Origin: Candidatus Hadarchaeum sp.
GTDB lineage: Archaea; Hadarchaeota; Hadarchaeia; Hadarchaeales; Hadarchaeaceae
Assembly (NCBI RefSeq): GCF_049969415.1
Contig: NZ_JBMFOX010000002.1
Coordinates: forward strand, 41,467 to 105,466
Length of the DNA: 64,000 nt
Direction of reading: 5' to 3'
Position 1 is the first letter of the stretch; the number at the start of each line of letters is the position of its first letter. The notes under the pieces were generated by a model. The model worked only from the letters and a program-made list of their open reading frames with translations, did no database searches and was not told the DNA's origin. Positions 9,184-19,476 of the stretch are shown one piece after another. The position numbers and the translations under genes are program-made.

Positions 9184-10155
9184 CTAGCCAAAGATGGGGA
9201 GCAAGTAGTCAGTTTCCTTGCGGAGAATCTCCTTATAATTTATCGCCTGTTCGATGCTTTTGACCTCCGTTTCCACGACGACGGTCTCTGCCCTTTTTAT
9301 CTTAGCCAGCCTCGCATAGCGCTCGAGGTTGTAATGTTTTAGTAACCCCCATTCCAGATGCAATGGCGGTCGTAGGGTCATTTCTCCGGGAACGTAGTCG
9401 CTCAAATGAAGCTCCTTGATGTAATCGGGCGGTATTGGTTCAAGAGCGCTTTCCGGTTGTGGTGGCGTTTGGTGGGTAAATTCGGCATTGGTCAGCCAAT
9501 TTCCTATATCGAAGTTGAAGTAGATAGGGAGGTCCTGTTCCCTGAGCTTTTTCACCAGTTTGAGACATTCATCGATTTCGCTGCAGATGCCTTCAAAGGC
9601 AGTGTTGTTCTCCAAGTGAAGGGCCAAACCTAGCTCCCGGGAAAACTTTCCGAGTTCCACTAGGCTATTGATTAAGGCGTTGTGTACCATCTCTCGATAA
9701 TTATCAGTCCTGTTTTCTGCAGGGACGTTTCCTGGACGCAGATTTACGTATTTAGCCTCGACATCGGCGGCCAGTTGGATGTGTTTTTTCTGGATTTCTG
9801 TTGCGGCTTCCCTGTCTTCTTCCCGGAGCGAGCCGATGCCACCGTTGGCGAAAGAGTGGGGCAGGTTTACGGACAAGGTTATTCCGTTTGAGTTGGCGAG
9901 TTCTTTGATCCGTTTCCTTTTTTCAGGGTAAAAGTCCAAGTAGGCGTCGGTGGCGTCAAGTTCGATTTCAAGGTGTGGCATCCCGAGATCGGTGATGATT
10001 TTAATCTGCCGTTCAACGTTCAAAGTGGCCTTTTTAAAAACTTCAGGTTTAATCGATTTTAGGTCTAGGTTCCCCTTTATGAAGGCGAGCCTTTCCCTTT
10101 CGTCGAGGTGTTCTATCAGGAGACAGTTCTTGAAATTTCGGCCGAGGTTAACCAT
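9184..10155 (-). CDS. Sugar-phosphate isomerase/AP endonuclease 2-type TIM barrel with degenerate metal ligands
   Basis: LHLENN, FNFDIGN, ELHLSDY, VVVET motif spacing. Confidence 0.7.
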   Translation of the reverse strand: MVNLGRNFKNCLLIEHLDERERLAFIKGNLDLKSIKPEVFKKATLNVERQIKIITDLGMPHLEIELDATDAYLDFYPEKRKRIKELANSNGITLSVNLPHSFANGGIGSLREEDREAATEIQKKHIQLAADVEAKYVNLRPGNVPAENRTDNYREMVHNALINSLVELGKFSRELGLALHLENNTAFEGICSEIDECLKLVKKLREQDLPIYFNFDIGNWLTNAEFTHQTPPQPESALEPIPPDYIKELHLSDYVPGEMTLRPPLHLEWGLLKHYNLERYARLAKIKRAETVVVETEVKSIEQAINYKEILRKETDYLLPIFG

Positions 10156-10229
10156 TTTTATCCCAGTATAAACTATTGCGTTGCTTTTTACGCTTTACGG
10201 GGTTATCAGAAAAGAGTCTATTCCAGCTT

Positions 10230-10811
10230 TTATTCCAAGGCCTTACGTCCCAGCTCCGTCGGTTTGAGTCGGGAATCCAAGTATTCCAGTATCTGGAGCC
10301 TTCTTATCTGGCCCTTGGCAACGATTAGTGGCATGCCGGCAGCGGAAGCCGCTCGATCTATCGATGCCCCCTTATCCAGAGCTTTCATTATCGTTCGCCC
10401 GGCTTCGCCCACCAGAATTTCGTCGGCTATCCTCCTCTTCACCGCCGGGTCTATGTTGGGCCTAGCGTCCATTATCCTGGTGAGAAGCTCGAAGCCCTCC
10501 ACATCGCCGTATTTGCTGCGAAGCACCTTTTGAGAGATGGTCGAGCCAGCAATGGCTCCCCGAAGGCTCTCCAGGTCCCTGATGAATTGGAAGAGCTCTT
10601 GGTAGCGTCTCAGCTTGCCCTCTTCGCTGAGCCCAAGGGCGTTACGCAACGATTCGTTAGCTTCCCTCAGCACCCTCAGCTCTTCGCGTTGGGCCTCGAT
10701 TTCCTGTTGTAACTTGCGCTGGCGTGCCCCGCCACCGGAGTAAAGTATCCAGCCCAGAAGAATTAGGATGATTGCGACCAGAAATATTTCAATCCAGATA
10801 TCAACTGTCAT
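10230..10811 (-). CDS. Hypothetical protein: N-terminal TM, coiled coil, C-terminal winged-helix-like domain
   Basis: Hydrophobic segment, heptad-rich segment, C-terminal LQILEYLD..LKPTELGRKAL. Confidence 0.65.
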   Translation of the reverse strand: MTVDIWIEIFLVAIILILLGWILYSGGGARQRKLQQEIEAQREELRVLREANESLRNALGLSEEGKLRRYQELFQFIRDLESLRGAIAGSTISQKVLRSKYGDVEGFELLTRIMDARPNIDPAVKRRIADEILVGEAGRTIMKALDKGASIDRAASAAGMPLIVAKGQIRRLQILEYLDSRLKPTELGRKALE

Positions 10812-10901
10812 CCCATCTCCCATACAGGTTTGAGTGTCGGGGCATTTAAAACTACAGGGCACTTCATTATCTTAGGGTGCAAAGGGGGCGGAGGTGAAAT
10901 A

Positions 10902-12140
10902 TTGCCCTTTTCAGAGCTCAGATGTCTCCGGTGTGGAAAGGTGCATCGGCCAGCTAAGAATCTCTACGTCTGCGAGAAGTGCGGCGGGAAGCTTGAGGTG
11001 ATTTATGATTATCAGGTTATTGCAGAGAGTGTCAGCAAAAAGGAGCTGGTCAAAAGAAAGGGAGGGGTTTGGAAATATTTTGAGTTGTTGCCTTTGATGA
11101 ATAGAAAAAACATCGTCTCGCTTGGAGAGGGAGGCACGCCGCTGATTCTGGCGAAAAATCTGGCAAAGGAGCTGAAGATGAAGCAGCTGTACCTAAAGGA
11201 TGAGACTAGGAACCCGACCTCCTCGTTCAAGGATCGGCCCATGAGTGTGGGGGTGTCGAAGGCGGTGGAGTTTGGTGCCCGCGCGGTGGTCTGCGCTTCA
11301 AGCGGCAATGCTGCCATAGCTCTCTCCGCATATGCGGCCAAGGCGGGGATCAAATGTCACGCCTTTGTTCCCGCTGGTGCCCCGGAGAGCAAAGTGGCCC
11401 AGTTGCTGATGCACGGAGCCCACGTCGTCCAGCCCCAGGCGACCGGAGAAGGGGACCCGACCTATAGACTCATGTGTGAGGCTTGGAGAAAGTTCGGCTG
11501 GCATCCGATACCTAGTGGGGGGGCCTTTAACCCCTACCAACCTGAGGGCTCGAAGACGATTTCCTATGAAGTTTGCGAACAACTGGATTGGCAAGCACCT
11601 GACTGGGTAATTGTTCCCACCGGTGCCGGCACGCTTCTTTCCGGTACTGCTAAGGGCTATTTTGAGTTCGAAGAGATGGGGCTGATAAAAGAAGTGCCTA
11701 GGCTCGTCGCGGTTCAGGCAGAAGGCTGTGCACCCATCGTCAAGGCGTTCAGGGAAGGCACACTGCCTTATGAGATACCTACGTGGCCCAATCCGAAGAC
11801 AGTTGCGGGCGGGTTGGTCGATCCCTATCCTTGGGACGCCGACACGGCAATCCCTGCGATTAAGCGTTCAAATGGTACTGCCGAGGCCGTCAGCGACGCA
11901 GAAATACTAGAAGCTGTTAAGCGCTTGGCTAGAAGCGAGGGAATCTTCGCCGAGCCCTCCGGCGCTGCAGGTTTGGCGGGATTGATTAGATTACTGGACA
12001 AAGGCGTCATCTCCTCGTCTGACGTGGTCGTGGTTGAGATCACGGGCGGAGGTCTCAAGGACGTGGCCACAGCATTGAAGGTGGTTGAGAAACCGATAAC
12101 GATAGAGCCAAAGCTGGAACAGTTGGAAAATCTGTTGTAA
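10902..12140 (+). CDS. thrC: Threonine synthase (PLP, fold type II)
   Basis: LGEGGTPL, NPTSSFKDR, ASSGN, FAEPSGA; TTG start after SD GGAGGTGA. Confidence 0.9.
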   Translation: MPFSELRCLRCGKVHRPAKNLYVCEKCGGKLEVIYDYQVIAESVSKKELVKRKGGVWKYFELLPLMNRKNIVSLGEGGTPLILAKNLAKELKMKQLYLKDETRNPTSSFKDRPMSVGVSKAVEFGARAVVCASSGNAAIALSAYAAKAGIKCHAFVPAGAPESKVAQLLMHGAHVVQPQATGEGDPTYRLMCEAWRKFGWHPIPSGGAFNPYQPEGSKTISYEVCEQLDWQAPDWVIVPTGAGTLLSGTAKGYFEFEEMGLIKEVPRLVAVQAEGCAPIVKAFREGTLPYEIPTWPNPKTVAGGLVDPYPWDADTAIPAIKRSNGTAEAVSDAEILEAVKRLARSEGIFAEPSGAAGLAGLIRLLDKGVISSSDVVVVEITGGGLKDVATALKVVEKPITIEPKLEQLENLL

Positions 12141-12261
12141 AAGATTTGGGATTAGACGCAGGATTTGAAATCAGTTCCATATCTTAAGGAGCATGAGACC
12201 GCCCTTTCTTTTTCTCGTGTGCGGAGGTGTATCGTCCTCTTCCGAGTAGCTGAAATGCCGT

Positions 12262-15099
12262 TCAGGCGTCCCAAAAGCGCCTGGTGCGGGAATAAATTCT
12301 TTCCGCTTGGAGTATGGCTCGGTAAAATTTTTCATCCGATGGGTTGTTGCGGAGAATTCTGGTCGCCGTCTGCGGCCCGATGCCACGGCCGGAGAGAGCG
12401 ATTATCGCCCGTTTACCATAGGTCAGGACCAAGTTCGCGGCTTGAAAAGCCTTCTTCAATAGGCGTTCCTCCTCCTTGTTGAGCTTTTTTCCAGCAGCTT
12501 GCTTTCTTATTGCCGATAAAACCAAATTGCTCTCTCTTGGCAGCACGGTGATCAGCTTGGCCCCGCACTTCTTGCAGACGGGCGGATCCTGAACGCGGCC
12601 GACGCGGGTGGTAGCAGACCAGCCATTGCAGTTAAGGCAGTAAAGCCTGACGACCTGCTGGTCCAAGCGACGCATTAGCGCACGGACAATCTCACGTTCC
12701 GCTCGCTTGGGTAGGATTAATTCACCACCCGAGATTTCGTTCAGAACGGGCCAAGCCAACGGTGTCGGGCTTTCGCCGCTAAACGTGGAAATCCTGATTT
12801 TTCCGGATTGCAGCAGCCTGAATATTTCCACTGTTTTCTCGGCGTCCAATTTCTCGATCATCGTCTCCTTTAGGGCTTCTTCATAAATTGGCGTGCCTTC
12901 AAAATGTTTCACTAGACGGCGTAGGTTTATCTGGCCTAGTTCCGCGTCCCTCTTTATTGCCCCGAATCTCTTCGCTACCTGCACCAGACGCCAGCGGAAA
13001 ATGGAGCTGTCTTTTAAGGTTATTTTCAGGAGTGGCAACAGGTAATCCGGTTTCAGTTCCGTGATAATATTCTTAACGAGATTTGGATCGGCTTCAATCG
13101 GCAACTTGAAGGCGATTCGGTAGGGGTCAACTTTAACCGCGACGCTCGCCCCAATTCTAGCCGTCAGCAAGGCCGCAATCACCAGCGCCAGGGTCTGATT
13201 GACGAGGCTGCCGAAGCAGGCGTGCAGGACCAAGAAATTCTCGCTGGTTTCAATAAGTAGCAAATCATGGCAGGGGACCGCTCCTGAGGTGACCTGCTCG
13301 CTGACCTGTTCCACCAACCAACCCGCCGCTGGTTCGTTTACGGGATATTCTCGGCAAAGTGTTGCGACTATCTCTTCGAAGTTTTTACCCTCCTTGAGAA
13401 GTTGGGAGATTTTTGATCGGAGCGAACCGACCTCAAAAGCGACTTCAAATGGAACCGGGATTAGTTCTCCCTCCCAAGCAGGGATGGCTCCGAGAAGGTC
13501 GTTGCTGGGCTCAACTAGAACCTGTCTCCGTTCATCGTCAATCTCGATTATCCTCCAGACTTCGCCCTTCATTATGAAATTTAAATCCTGAACACCACAG
13601 GAGGCGACGAATTCCTCATCTAAGGAACCAACGGTTTTTCTGGAGGCGATGTCCTTTATAGTGTAGCGCCGGGTGTCCGGTATCATCGACAAATTGGTGA
13701 AATAATAAGAAAATCCGGGCCGGCGGAGGCTGAAGCTATCTTTTTCCAACCGCACCATACCTTCGGAGCCAAGCTGTCTCAGGACAAGTTGGGCGGAATC
13801 GACGTCTAGATCTCGGTAAGGCTGAGCTTTCCTTAACAACGTGACCGTCTCTTCGATATTACTCCTGCCTTGGTCTAAGGAGATCCCAACCAATTGGTGG
13901 GCCAGCACGTCCAGCGCCAGAAAGTGGAATTTCTCCAACTCCAGTTCACCTAACATGGCCTTCTTGCCGATGACCATCGCCTCAGCAATGTCATCCGGGT
14001 TGGCTGCAATTACGATTCCCTCGGAAATGGCCTCCGCACGGTGACCTGAGCGTCCTACCCTCTGGACCAGTCTGACCACCTGTCGCGGTGACATGTACTG
14101 TATAACCAAGTCTACCGCCCCGATGTCTATTCCAAGTTCCATAGAGGAGGTGCAGATGAGACCCTTCAAACGGCCGCTACGGAATCCCTCCTCGGCCTCT
14201 ATTCTGATATCCCTGGCTAAGGAGCCATGATGGATGCCTACCTTCAGCGATGGGTCCAGTAGTTTTAACCGAGATCCTAGCGTTTCCGCCGTCTCCCTCG
14301 TGTTGACGAAGATCAGGACTGAACGATATTTGTTAATTAGTTCATGGAGTCTTCTCAGCCTAGCCGCCATCGTAGGTTCTACATAGAGACGTTCCGCAAG
14401 AGCAACGTCATCTTTGGAGGGGATTGGGCTCTCAACTTTAATTTTAATCTCCTTCTCCATTGAGGCGTCTATAATCTCTACGTGGCGATTCGAGCCGGCT
14501 AAAAACCTTGCTACCTCGTCTTTTGAACCAACAGTGGCCGAGAGTCCAATGCGCTGGAACTCTCCAGCGATTTTAGCGAGTCGTTCCAGACCTACGGCAA
14601 GCTGAACACCTCGTTTGTCCGGGGCCAGCTCGTGTATTTCATCTACAATTACCCAGCGCACGGCTTTCAGGTGCTTTCCAATAATTTTGCCCGGGATTAT
14701 GGCTTGAAGAGTTTCCGGCGTCGTGATTAGCATATTTGGTGGTTCAATTGTCTGCTGCTGTCGTTCACCAGCCGTTGTATCCCCGTGCCTGACTGCAAGG
14801 GTAATCCCTAAATTCTTGCAGAGGCGCATAAGCCTCTTGAGCATGTCCCTGTTAAGCGCCCGCAGCGGCGCGATGTAGAGTATCTCGATTCCGGCATCTC
14901 GTTTCTGTGAGAGGTGGAGGCTGAACACCGGAAAAATGGCGGCCTCGGTTTTTCCGGTCCCCGTGGGCGCAATTAACAGCACATTTTTTCCGCTTAGAAT
15001 CGCGGGGATGGCCAGCTCCTGAGGCTTGGTTGGGCTGTTTATACCCAGTTCCCGGATTGCCAGCCTTACGGGCTCCATCATTTGGGAAAAAACATCCAT
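12262..15099 (-). CDS. lhr: Lhr-family ATP-dependent DEAD/H helicase
   Basis: APTGTGKT, DEIH, LSAT, QRVGRSGH, PAWEGE, C-terminal Zn ribbon and HhH (GRGIGPQTA). Confidence 0.93.
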   Translation of the reverse strand: MDVFSQMMEPVRLAIRELGINSPTKPQELAIPAILSGKNVLLIAPTGTGKTEAAIFPVFSLHLSQKRDAGIEILYIAPLRALNRDMLKRLMRLCKNLGITLAVRHGDTTAGERQQQTIEPPNMLITTPETLQAIIPGKIIGKHLKAVRWVIVDEIHELAPDKRGVQLAVGLERLAKIAGEFQRIGLSATVGSKDEVARFLAGSNRHVEIIDASMEKEIKIKVESPIPSKDDVALAERLYVEPTMAARLRRLHELINKYRSVLIFVNTRETAETLGSRLKLLDPSLKVGIHHGSLARDIRIEAEEGFRSGRLKGLICTSSMELGIDIGAVDLVIQYMSPRQVVRLVQRVGRSGHRAEAISEGIVIAANPDDIAEAMVIGKKAMLGELELEKFHFLALDVLAHQLVGISLDQGRSNIEETVTLLRKAQPYRDLDVDSAQLVLRQLGSEGMVRLEKDSFSLRRPGFSYYFTNLSMIPDTRRYTIKDIASRKTVGSLDEEFVASCGVQDLNFIMKGEVWRIIEIDDERRQVLVEPSNDLLGAIPAWEGELIPVPFEVAFEVGSLRSKISQLLKEGKNFEEIVATLCREYPVNEPAAGWLVEQVSEQVTSGAVPCHDLLLIETSENFLVLHACFGSLVNQTLALVIAALLTARIGASVAVKVDPYRIAFKLPIEADPNLVKNIITELKPDYLLPLLKITLKDSSIFRWRLVQVAKRFGAIKRDAELGQINLRRLVKHFEGTPIYEEALKETMIEKLDAEKTVEIFRLLQSGKIRISTFSGESPTPLAWPVLNEISGGELILPKRAEREIVRALMRRLDQQVVRLYCLNCNGWSATTRVGRVQDPPVCKKCGAKLITVLPRESNLVLSAIRKQAAGKKLNKEEERLLKKAFQAANLVLTYGKRAIIALSGRGIGPQTATRILRNNPSDEKFYRAILQAERIYSRTRRFWDA

Positions 15100-15158
15100 T
15101 TTATTCAGCTCAAACGATGTATTTAATTGAAGTTATAAATCAAACGATGTTGATCCAG

Positions 15159-15674
15159 ATGTGTGAGAATAAACCGCTGAAGTTGCCCGAAAATTTGCGT
15201 CCGAGACTTCAGTCCCCGCTAGGTCGGTTGTTTACTCATATTACCGATGTTTTTTACCACATCCAGAAGGTTAGGCCTACCCGGTTGATTACTGTTGGCG
15301 ACATGGTAACCTCTTGCTTTCTTAGCGCTGGATTTAAGCCCGACATCGCCGTGGTGGATTTAACCCTAATGAGGTCTCCGGTCAACGAGAAGATCAAATC
15401 TCTAATAGATTCTTTTGAGGCCAACGTGGTTAAAGTCGAAAATCCTGCCGCCACGATAACTCCGGAGCTTTGGCGGGCGCTGGAGTCAGCAAAATCTCCC
15501 ACCAAGATAATCGTGGTTGGTGAGGAGGATCTCGCCACCATTCCTGCGGTCCTCACTTCGCCTGATGGGTCGGTTGTGGTATACGGGCAACCTAGACAAG
15601 GGGTTGTTTTAGTTGAGGTCGATGAAAAAAAGCGTCAAGAGTTTCGTGAGATTCTGAGCCATTTTGTGAGGTGA
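15159..15674 (+). CDS. GTP-dependent dephospho-CoA kinase (DUF359)
   Basis: TVGD, NPAATIT, VGEEDL, YGQP; lies upstream of rps24e as usual in archaea. Confidence 0.88.
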   Translation: MCENKPLKLPENLRPRLQSPLGRLFTHITDVFYHIQKVRPTRLITVGDMVTSCFLSAGFKPDIAVVDLTLMRSPVNEKIKSLIDSFEANVVKVENPAATITPELWRALESAKSPTKIIVVGEEDLATIPAVLTSPDGSVVVYGQPRQGVVLVEVDEKKRQEFREILSHFVR

Positions 15675-15771
15675 TTAGGACTATCGGCTGGCTCTACTAT
15701 GGTGCCTCAGGCCAAATAATTTAAAACGTTGAGTTTATTTTAGTATAGCCTTATTGAAGAAAGGGATGAAA

Positions 15772-16128
15772 ATGAAAGTTGAAGTGATCAAGAGGACAGA
15801 AAACCCATTGCTTAAACGGGTCGAGGTTGAGTTTAGAATAGATCACGCCGGAGCACCGACACCAAGGCGACTTGAGGTCAAGTCGCAGTTAGCCGCCCTG
15901 CTGGGAACGTCCGAAGACCTCTTGGTAATCGAGAGGTTGACCAGCACGCACGGCCGCCAGATGGCAACAGGTGTGGCGCGGGTTTACAACACGCGCGAGC
16001 AACTGGAGGCGATGGAGCCCAAGTATTTGTTAAAGCGCGGATTGCCTAAGGAGGAAAAGGCCGCTGAGGCTAAGCCGGAGAAAAAGGCGCCGCCGGCAAA
16101 AAGTGAGTCAGGTAAAGGAGAGGGTTAA
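15772..16128 (+). CDS. rps24e: 30S ribosomal protein S24e
   Basis: [28 protein letters not shown]. Confidence 0.95.
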   Translation: MKVEVIKRTENPLLKRVEVEFRIDHAGAPTPRRLEVKSQLAALLGTSEDLLVIERLTSTHGRQMATGVARVYNTREQLEAMEPKYLLKRGLPKEEKAAEAKPEKKAPPAKSESGKGEG

Positions 16129-16130
16129 CT

Positions 16131-16298
16131 ATGGGTAAGAAGGTTAAGGCATCGAAATCAAAGCTCTACAAGTTGGATGGAAAATCGGTTAAGCGTCAGA
16201 GACCTCAGTGCCCCCGCTGTGGGCCGGGAGTTTTTATGGCGGACCACAAAAACCGATGGTCCTGCGGCAAATGCGGGTACACGGATTTTAAGAAGTGA
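16131..16298 (+). CDS. rps27ae: 30S ribosomal protein S27ae (55 aa, not in ORF track)
   Basis: Own translation: [55 protein letters not shown]. Confidence 0.96.
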   Translation: MGKKVKASKSKLYKLDGKSVKRQRPQCPRCGPGVFMADHKNRWSCGKCGYTDFKK

Positions 16299-17580
16299 TT
16301 TCTATCTTTGTGCCGAGGAGTTCACCGGCCGATTTCTGCAGAACATTCTTCTTAGAAACCAGCTCCTCGAGCATATCTCTGATTTTACTTTCGAGCTGTT
16401 CAATGGCATGCAGGGATTCCTTTCGCTCCTCTTCCAGCTTTTCTATCAGGTTTTCAAGTTTAACAACTTCTTCAAATAAGGGATTTTCGGAATCCCTTTT
16501 CATATTTTCAGCATTTTCCATCAGCATAGCTAGGTTCTTCTTGACTTCCTTTAACCTAGAGGGCAGAGAATGTGCTGCGGCTTCTAGGTTTTTCATTTCT
16601 CGTTTGTCTAGACCTATCTTACCACAACCGGCGAGTTCGAGAGTTCTCCGAAGAAGTTTATCAAAAGCGTTTAGGTTATCTTCTGAGGAGATTAGCTCTC
16701 CAGGTTCGTTTATGCAAATTTCCAGTATCTTCTCTAATTCAGGAACCGTCTGAAGTTCACCAGCCTTTAAGCTCTTTTCCAGCTTTCGGAATGGACGGTT
16801 TAGCTCGGAAATCAAGCAGACGGTACTTTCCCTCGCTTTGCTTATTTCGTGCCGTGTTCTCTCAAGTTCACCTGCCAAATCAGTTGCCCTTTTGAATTCC
16901 GGGCTTACTTTAATCCGAGCGATTTGAGAAGCAATTTCGTTGATTTCGATCTCAAGTTTTTTGACTTTATCTTGCAAATGGGCGATGTTCCCTTTGATCC
17001 TTTCCATCTCCATTTGGGTCAGCTTATAGGACGAAATTTCCGAAATCAGTCCATCTAAAGCGTTTATTTCAACGATTATGTGGTTGAGGGTTGGTTGAGT
17101 TTGAATGATTAACTCGTTCAGTTTGCGCAGGTGGAACTCAAACTCAGCGTATTTTTTTCCAAAAACTGCTCGCACATAGCGTCCATGCGCTTTCATCGCA
17201 TCGGCGATAATGGAGGTCGCTTTCGAAATTTTTTCGTTGAATTTAAGGAGAGAATCTGCAGTGAACTCTTGCGGGCACTCCATATTGGCGATGGCCCGCG
17301 AAATCTTTTCGTAAAAGAGCTTTCTCGCCTCCGTTGCCGATTTTACCAATCCGTGATGAACCTCGTCCTCTGGCTCCGATTGATAAAGATCTTTCAGGCT
17401 AAGAGAAAGCGGGGTACGTATTTTATTAATCTCTACAACCAGTGCGGCCAGTTGCGGCTTATTTTTTTCGATTTTTTCCTCCTTCATCCTTGTGGCACGG
17501 TTTCGCAGGGAATCTGGGTCTAGCCTTTCCAGAACAGGTTCGGGTGGTTGCGGTTTGCTGAAAATTCTCCTCAAGAACAT
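16288..17580 (-). CDS. Long coiled-coil hypothetical protein
   Basis: 430-aa ORF with E/K/L-rich heptads; no Walker motif seen. Confidence 0.7.
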   Translation of the reverse strand: MFLRRIFSKPQPPEPVLERLDPDSLRNRATRMKEEKIEKNKPQLAALVVEINKIRTPLSLSLKDLYQSEPEDEVHHGLVKSATEARKLFYEKISRAIANMECPQEFTADSLLKFNEKISKATSIIADAMKAHGRYVRAVFGKKYAEFEFHLRKLNELIIQTQPTLNHIIVEINALDGLISEISSYKLTQMEMERIKGNIAHLQDKVKKLEIEINEIASQIARIKVSPEFKRATDLAGELERTRHEISKARESTVCLISELNRPFRKLEKSLKAGELQTVPELEKILEICINEPGELISSEDNLNAFDKLLRRTLELAGCGKIGLDKREMKNLEAAAHSLPSRLKEVKKNLAMLMENAENMKRDSENPLFEEVVKLENLIEKLEEERKESLHAIEQLESKIRDMLEELVSKKNVLQKSAGELLGTKIEITS

Positions 17581-17717
17581 TGATACAAATAGTCCTCCAA
17601 TGTTTTTTTAGTTTATTGCAGCAGTCGCTCATTTATGTCGTTGAACCGCGTAAAACTTTGGTTTTAAATCAATTTAAAAACGAAAAAGTTAAATGTTATG
17701 TCTTAAGATGTTTAACT

Positions 17718-18140
17718 ATGCATCTTCTAGTGCCGAGAAACGTACGCTTTGAGTGCCAGCGATGTGCCAGATGCTGTGGTGACACATCGCACCGTGGTAG
17801 AAATTTGCTTCTGACCAAGAGTGAGGTGGAAGAGATTTCCGAAAGGACCGGCTTGAACCCACTTTCCTTCGCCACGCCCATTTCAAACAAAGGAATTTAC
17901 CAATACAGGATGAAAAAGCGCGGGGGCAAGTGTATTTTTTTAGATGGTAAAGCATGTCGGATTTATGACATCCGCCCCTTGGTTTGTCGTTTTTATCCCT
18001 TTTCGGTTTGTAAAAAAGATGAAAAATACGTTTTCAATTTTGCTGAGGACTGTCCCGGTATTGGTTTGGGCGATGTGGTGGCGGAGGATGTTTTTGAAGA
18101 GTTAGTCACCGAGGCGCAGTTTAAATTAAGGACCAGCTAA
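17718..18140 (+). CDS. YkgJ/CxxCxxCC-family cysteine-cluster protein
   Basis: FECQRCARCC, CIFL..CRIY..RPLVCRFYPF, CPGIG. Confidence 0.88.
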   Translation: MHLLVPRNVRFECQRCARCCGDTSHRGRNLLLTKSEVEEISERTGLNPLSFATPISNKGIYQYRMKKRGGKCIFLDGKACRIYDIRPLVCRFYPFSVCKKDEKYVFNFAEDCPGIGLGDVVAEDVFEELVTEAQFKLRTS

Positions 18141-18162
18141 ATAATTGTTACTGGTGGTTTGA

Positions 18163-18444
18163 ATGAGGGAGGCCCCGATTTACCTAGAAGAAGATGAAGA
18201 CGATTTCGAGAGTGAGGAAGATCTTTCCATGGAGATCAAGAGAAGCGTTGTCGAGTTTGTCGTTAGGAGATTCGGGCTGTACAGTTCAGCTGACATCGCC
18301 AAGGCCCTGAACTGGAAGGTCAGAGAAGTCAATCGGGTTCTGAAGCATCTGGAGTGTTCGGGAAGAGTTAAGCGCGAAAAGATTGGGAAAACCTTCATTT
18401 GGATGCCGGTTGAGGAGCGCCACATCAGCCCCATGTACTACTAG
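18163..18444 (+). CDS. Small winged-helix protein with acidic N-terminus and C-terminal MYY
   Basis: SSADIAKALNW..EVNRVLKHLE.SGRV wHTH pattern. Confidence 0.7.
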   Translation: MREAPIYLEEDEDDFESEEDLSMEIKRSVVEFVVRRFGLYSSADIAKALNWKVREVNRVLKHLECSGRVKREKIGKTFIWMPVEERHISPMYY

Positions 18445-18528
18445 CGCCACTGGGTCAACAATTTTTTGCCCGATTCTAACACCACCCAAACTTATATTTT
18501 GTTTCAGTGATTTCTCTAAAGTGATGAC

Positions 18529-19008
18529 ATGGTTCGCATGGTCGACATAGGGCATAAGGAGGCAGTACCCAGAATGGCCCGGGCCAGCGGCCTTATCCGA
18601 CTTAAAGCGGAAACCCTGAAAAAAATAGAGGCTAGGGAAGTCCCGAAGGGAGATGTTCTTGCGGTCGCACAGACGGCGGCGATAATGGCTGTGAAGCGGA
18701 CAACCGAACTGATTCCACTTACTCACCCCATTCCGATAACCGGCGTTGACGTTGACCTTAAAATCGAAGAGAACGGTGTCCGTGCCGAGGTGGAGGTAAG
18801 GAGCCTCGGGAAGACCGGAGTTGAGATGGAGGCCTTGGCCGGAGTGATTGGGGCGCTTCTCAGCGTTTGGGATATGGTAAAGGGTTTGGAGAAGGATGAG
18901 GCCGGCCAATATCAGACAACTTGCCTCGAGGATATTCGCGTGGTCAAGAAGGTGAAAGGTTGGGTTTCGAAGAGCACAGGAAAAAAGCGCCGAAAAAGCT
19001 CAGGATAG
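18529..19008 (+). CDS. moaC: Cyclic pyranopterin monophosphate synthase
   Basis: MVDIGHK, KGDVL, LIPLTHP, KTGVEMEAL. Confidence 0.95.
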   Translation: MVRMVDIGHKEAVPRMARASGLIRLKAETLKKIEAREVPKGDVLAVAQTAAIMAVKRTTELIPLTHPIPITGVDVDLKIEENGVRAEVEVRSLGKTGVEMEALAGVIGALLSVWDMVKGLEKDEAGQYQTTCLEDIRVVKKVKGWVSKSTGKKRRKSSG

Positions 19009-19475
19009 CCGTGTTGGTGGTCAGCGACACGAGATCGGCGGCAATGGCGAAGGGATTGGATGAGGATATCTCGGGCAAGATCATCGTACAGAAGGCTCGC
19101 GAGGCCGGCCACGAGGCGGTGAGGACGATAGTCCCCGATGAAAAGGTAAAGATTCGCCGGGCCGTGACGGGGTTCGTGTCCGATGCCAGAATTGACGCGA
19201 TAATAATTACCGGAGGCACGGGAGTCGCGCGGAGAGACGTAACAATTGAAACAGTGGCTCCGCTCTATGATAAGGAGCTCCCCGGCTTTGGAGAGATTCT
19301 TCGCAGGGTCGGCTATGATATGGTGGGAACACCTGCTTTGCTCACACGGGCCTCCGCAGGCATCATTAAGGGAAAACCAGTATTCTGCCTGCCTGGGGCA
19401 CCAAACGCGGTTGAGACGGGCATGGGCATAATTCTTCCTGAACTGGGGCACATCATCAAGCATGCACGTGAGTAA
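18960..19475 (+). CDS. moaB: Molybdopterin adenylyltransferase MoaB/Mog
   Basis: TTG start after GGTGA; VSDTR, D.SG, TGGTG..RDVT, LPGFGE, LPGAP. Confidence 0.92.
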   Translation: MGFEEHRKKAPKKLRIAVLVVSDTRSAAMAKGLDEDISGKIIVQKAREAGHEAVRTIVPDEKVKIRRAVTGFVSDARIDAIIITGGTGVARRDVTIETVAPLYDKELPGFGEILRRVGYDMVGTPALLTRASAGIIKGKPVFCLPGAPNAVETGMGIILPELGHIIKHARE

Positions 19476-19476
19476 G

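Noticed and set aside
16177-16479. 100-aa ORF after rps24e
   Set aside because: Alternative frame over the real rps27ae and antisense to the coiled-coil gene.
18921-19008. Frameshifted MoaC-MoaB fusion
   Set aside because: MoaB has its own TTG start at 18960 with SD GGTGA and a typical N-terminus (GFEEHRKKAP); this is a simple 49-nt overlap.
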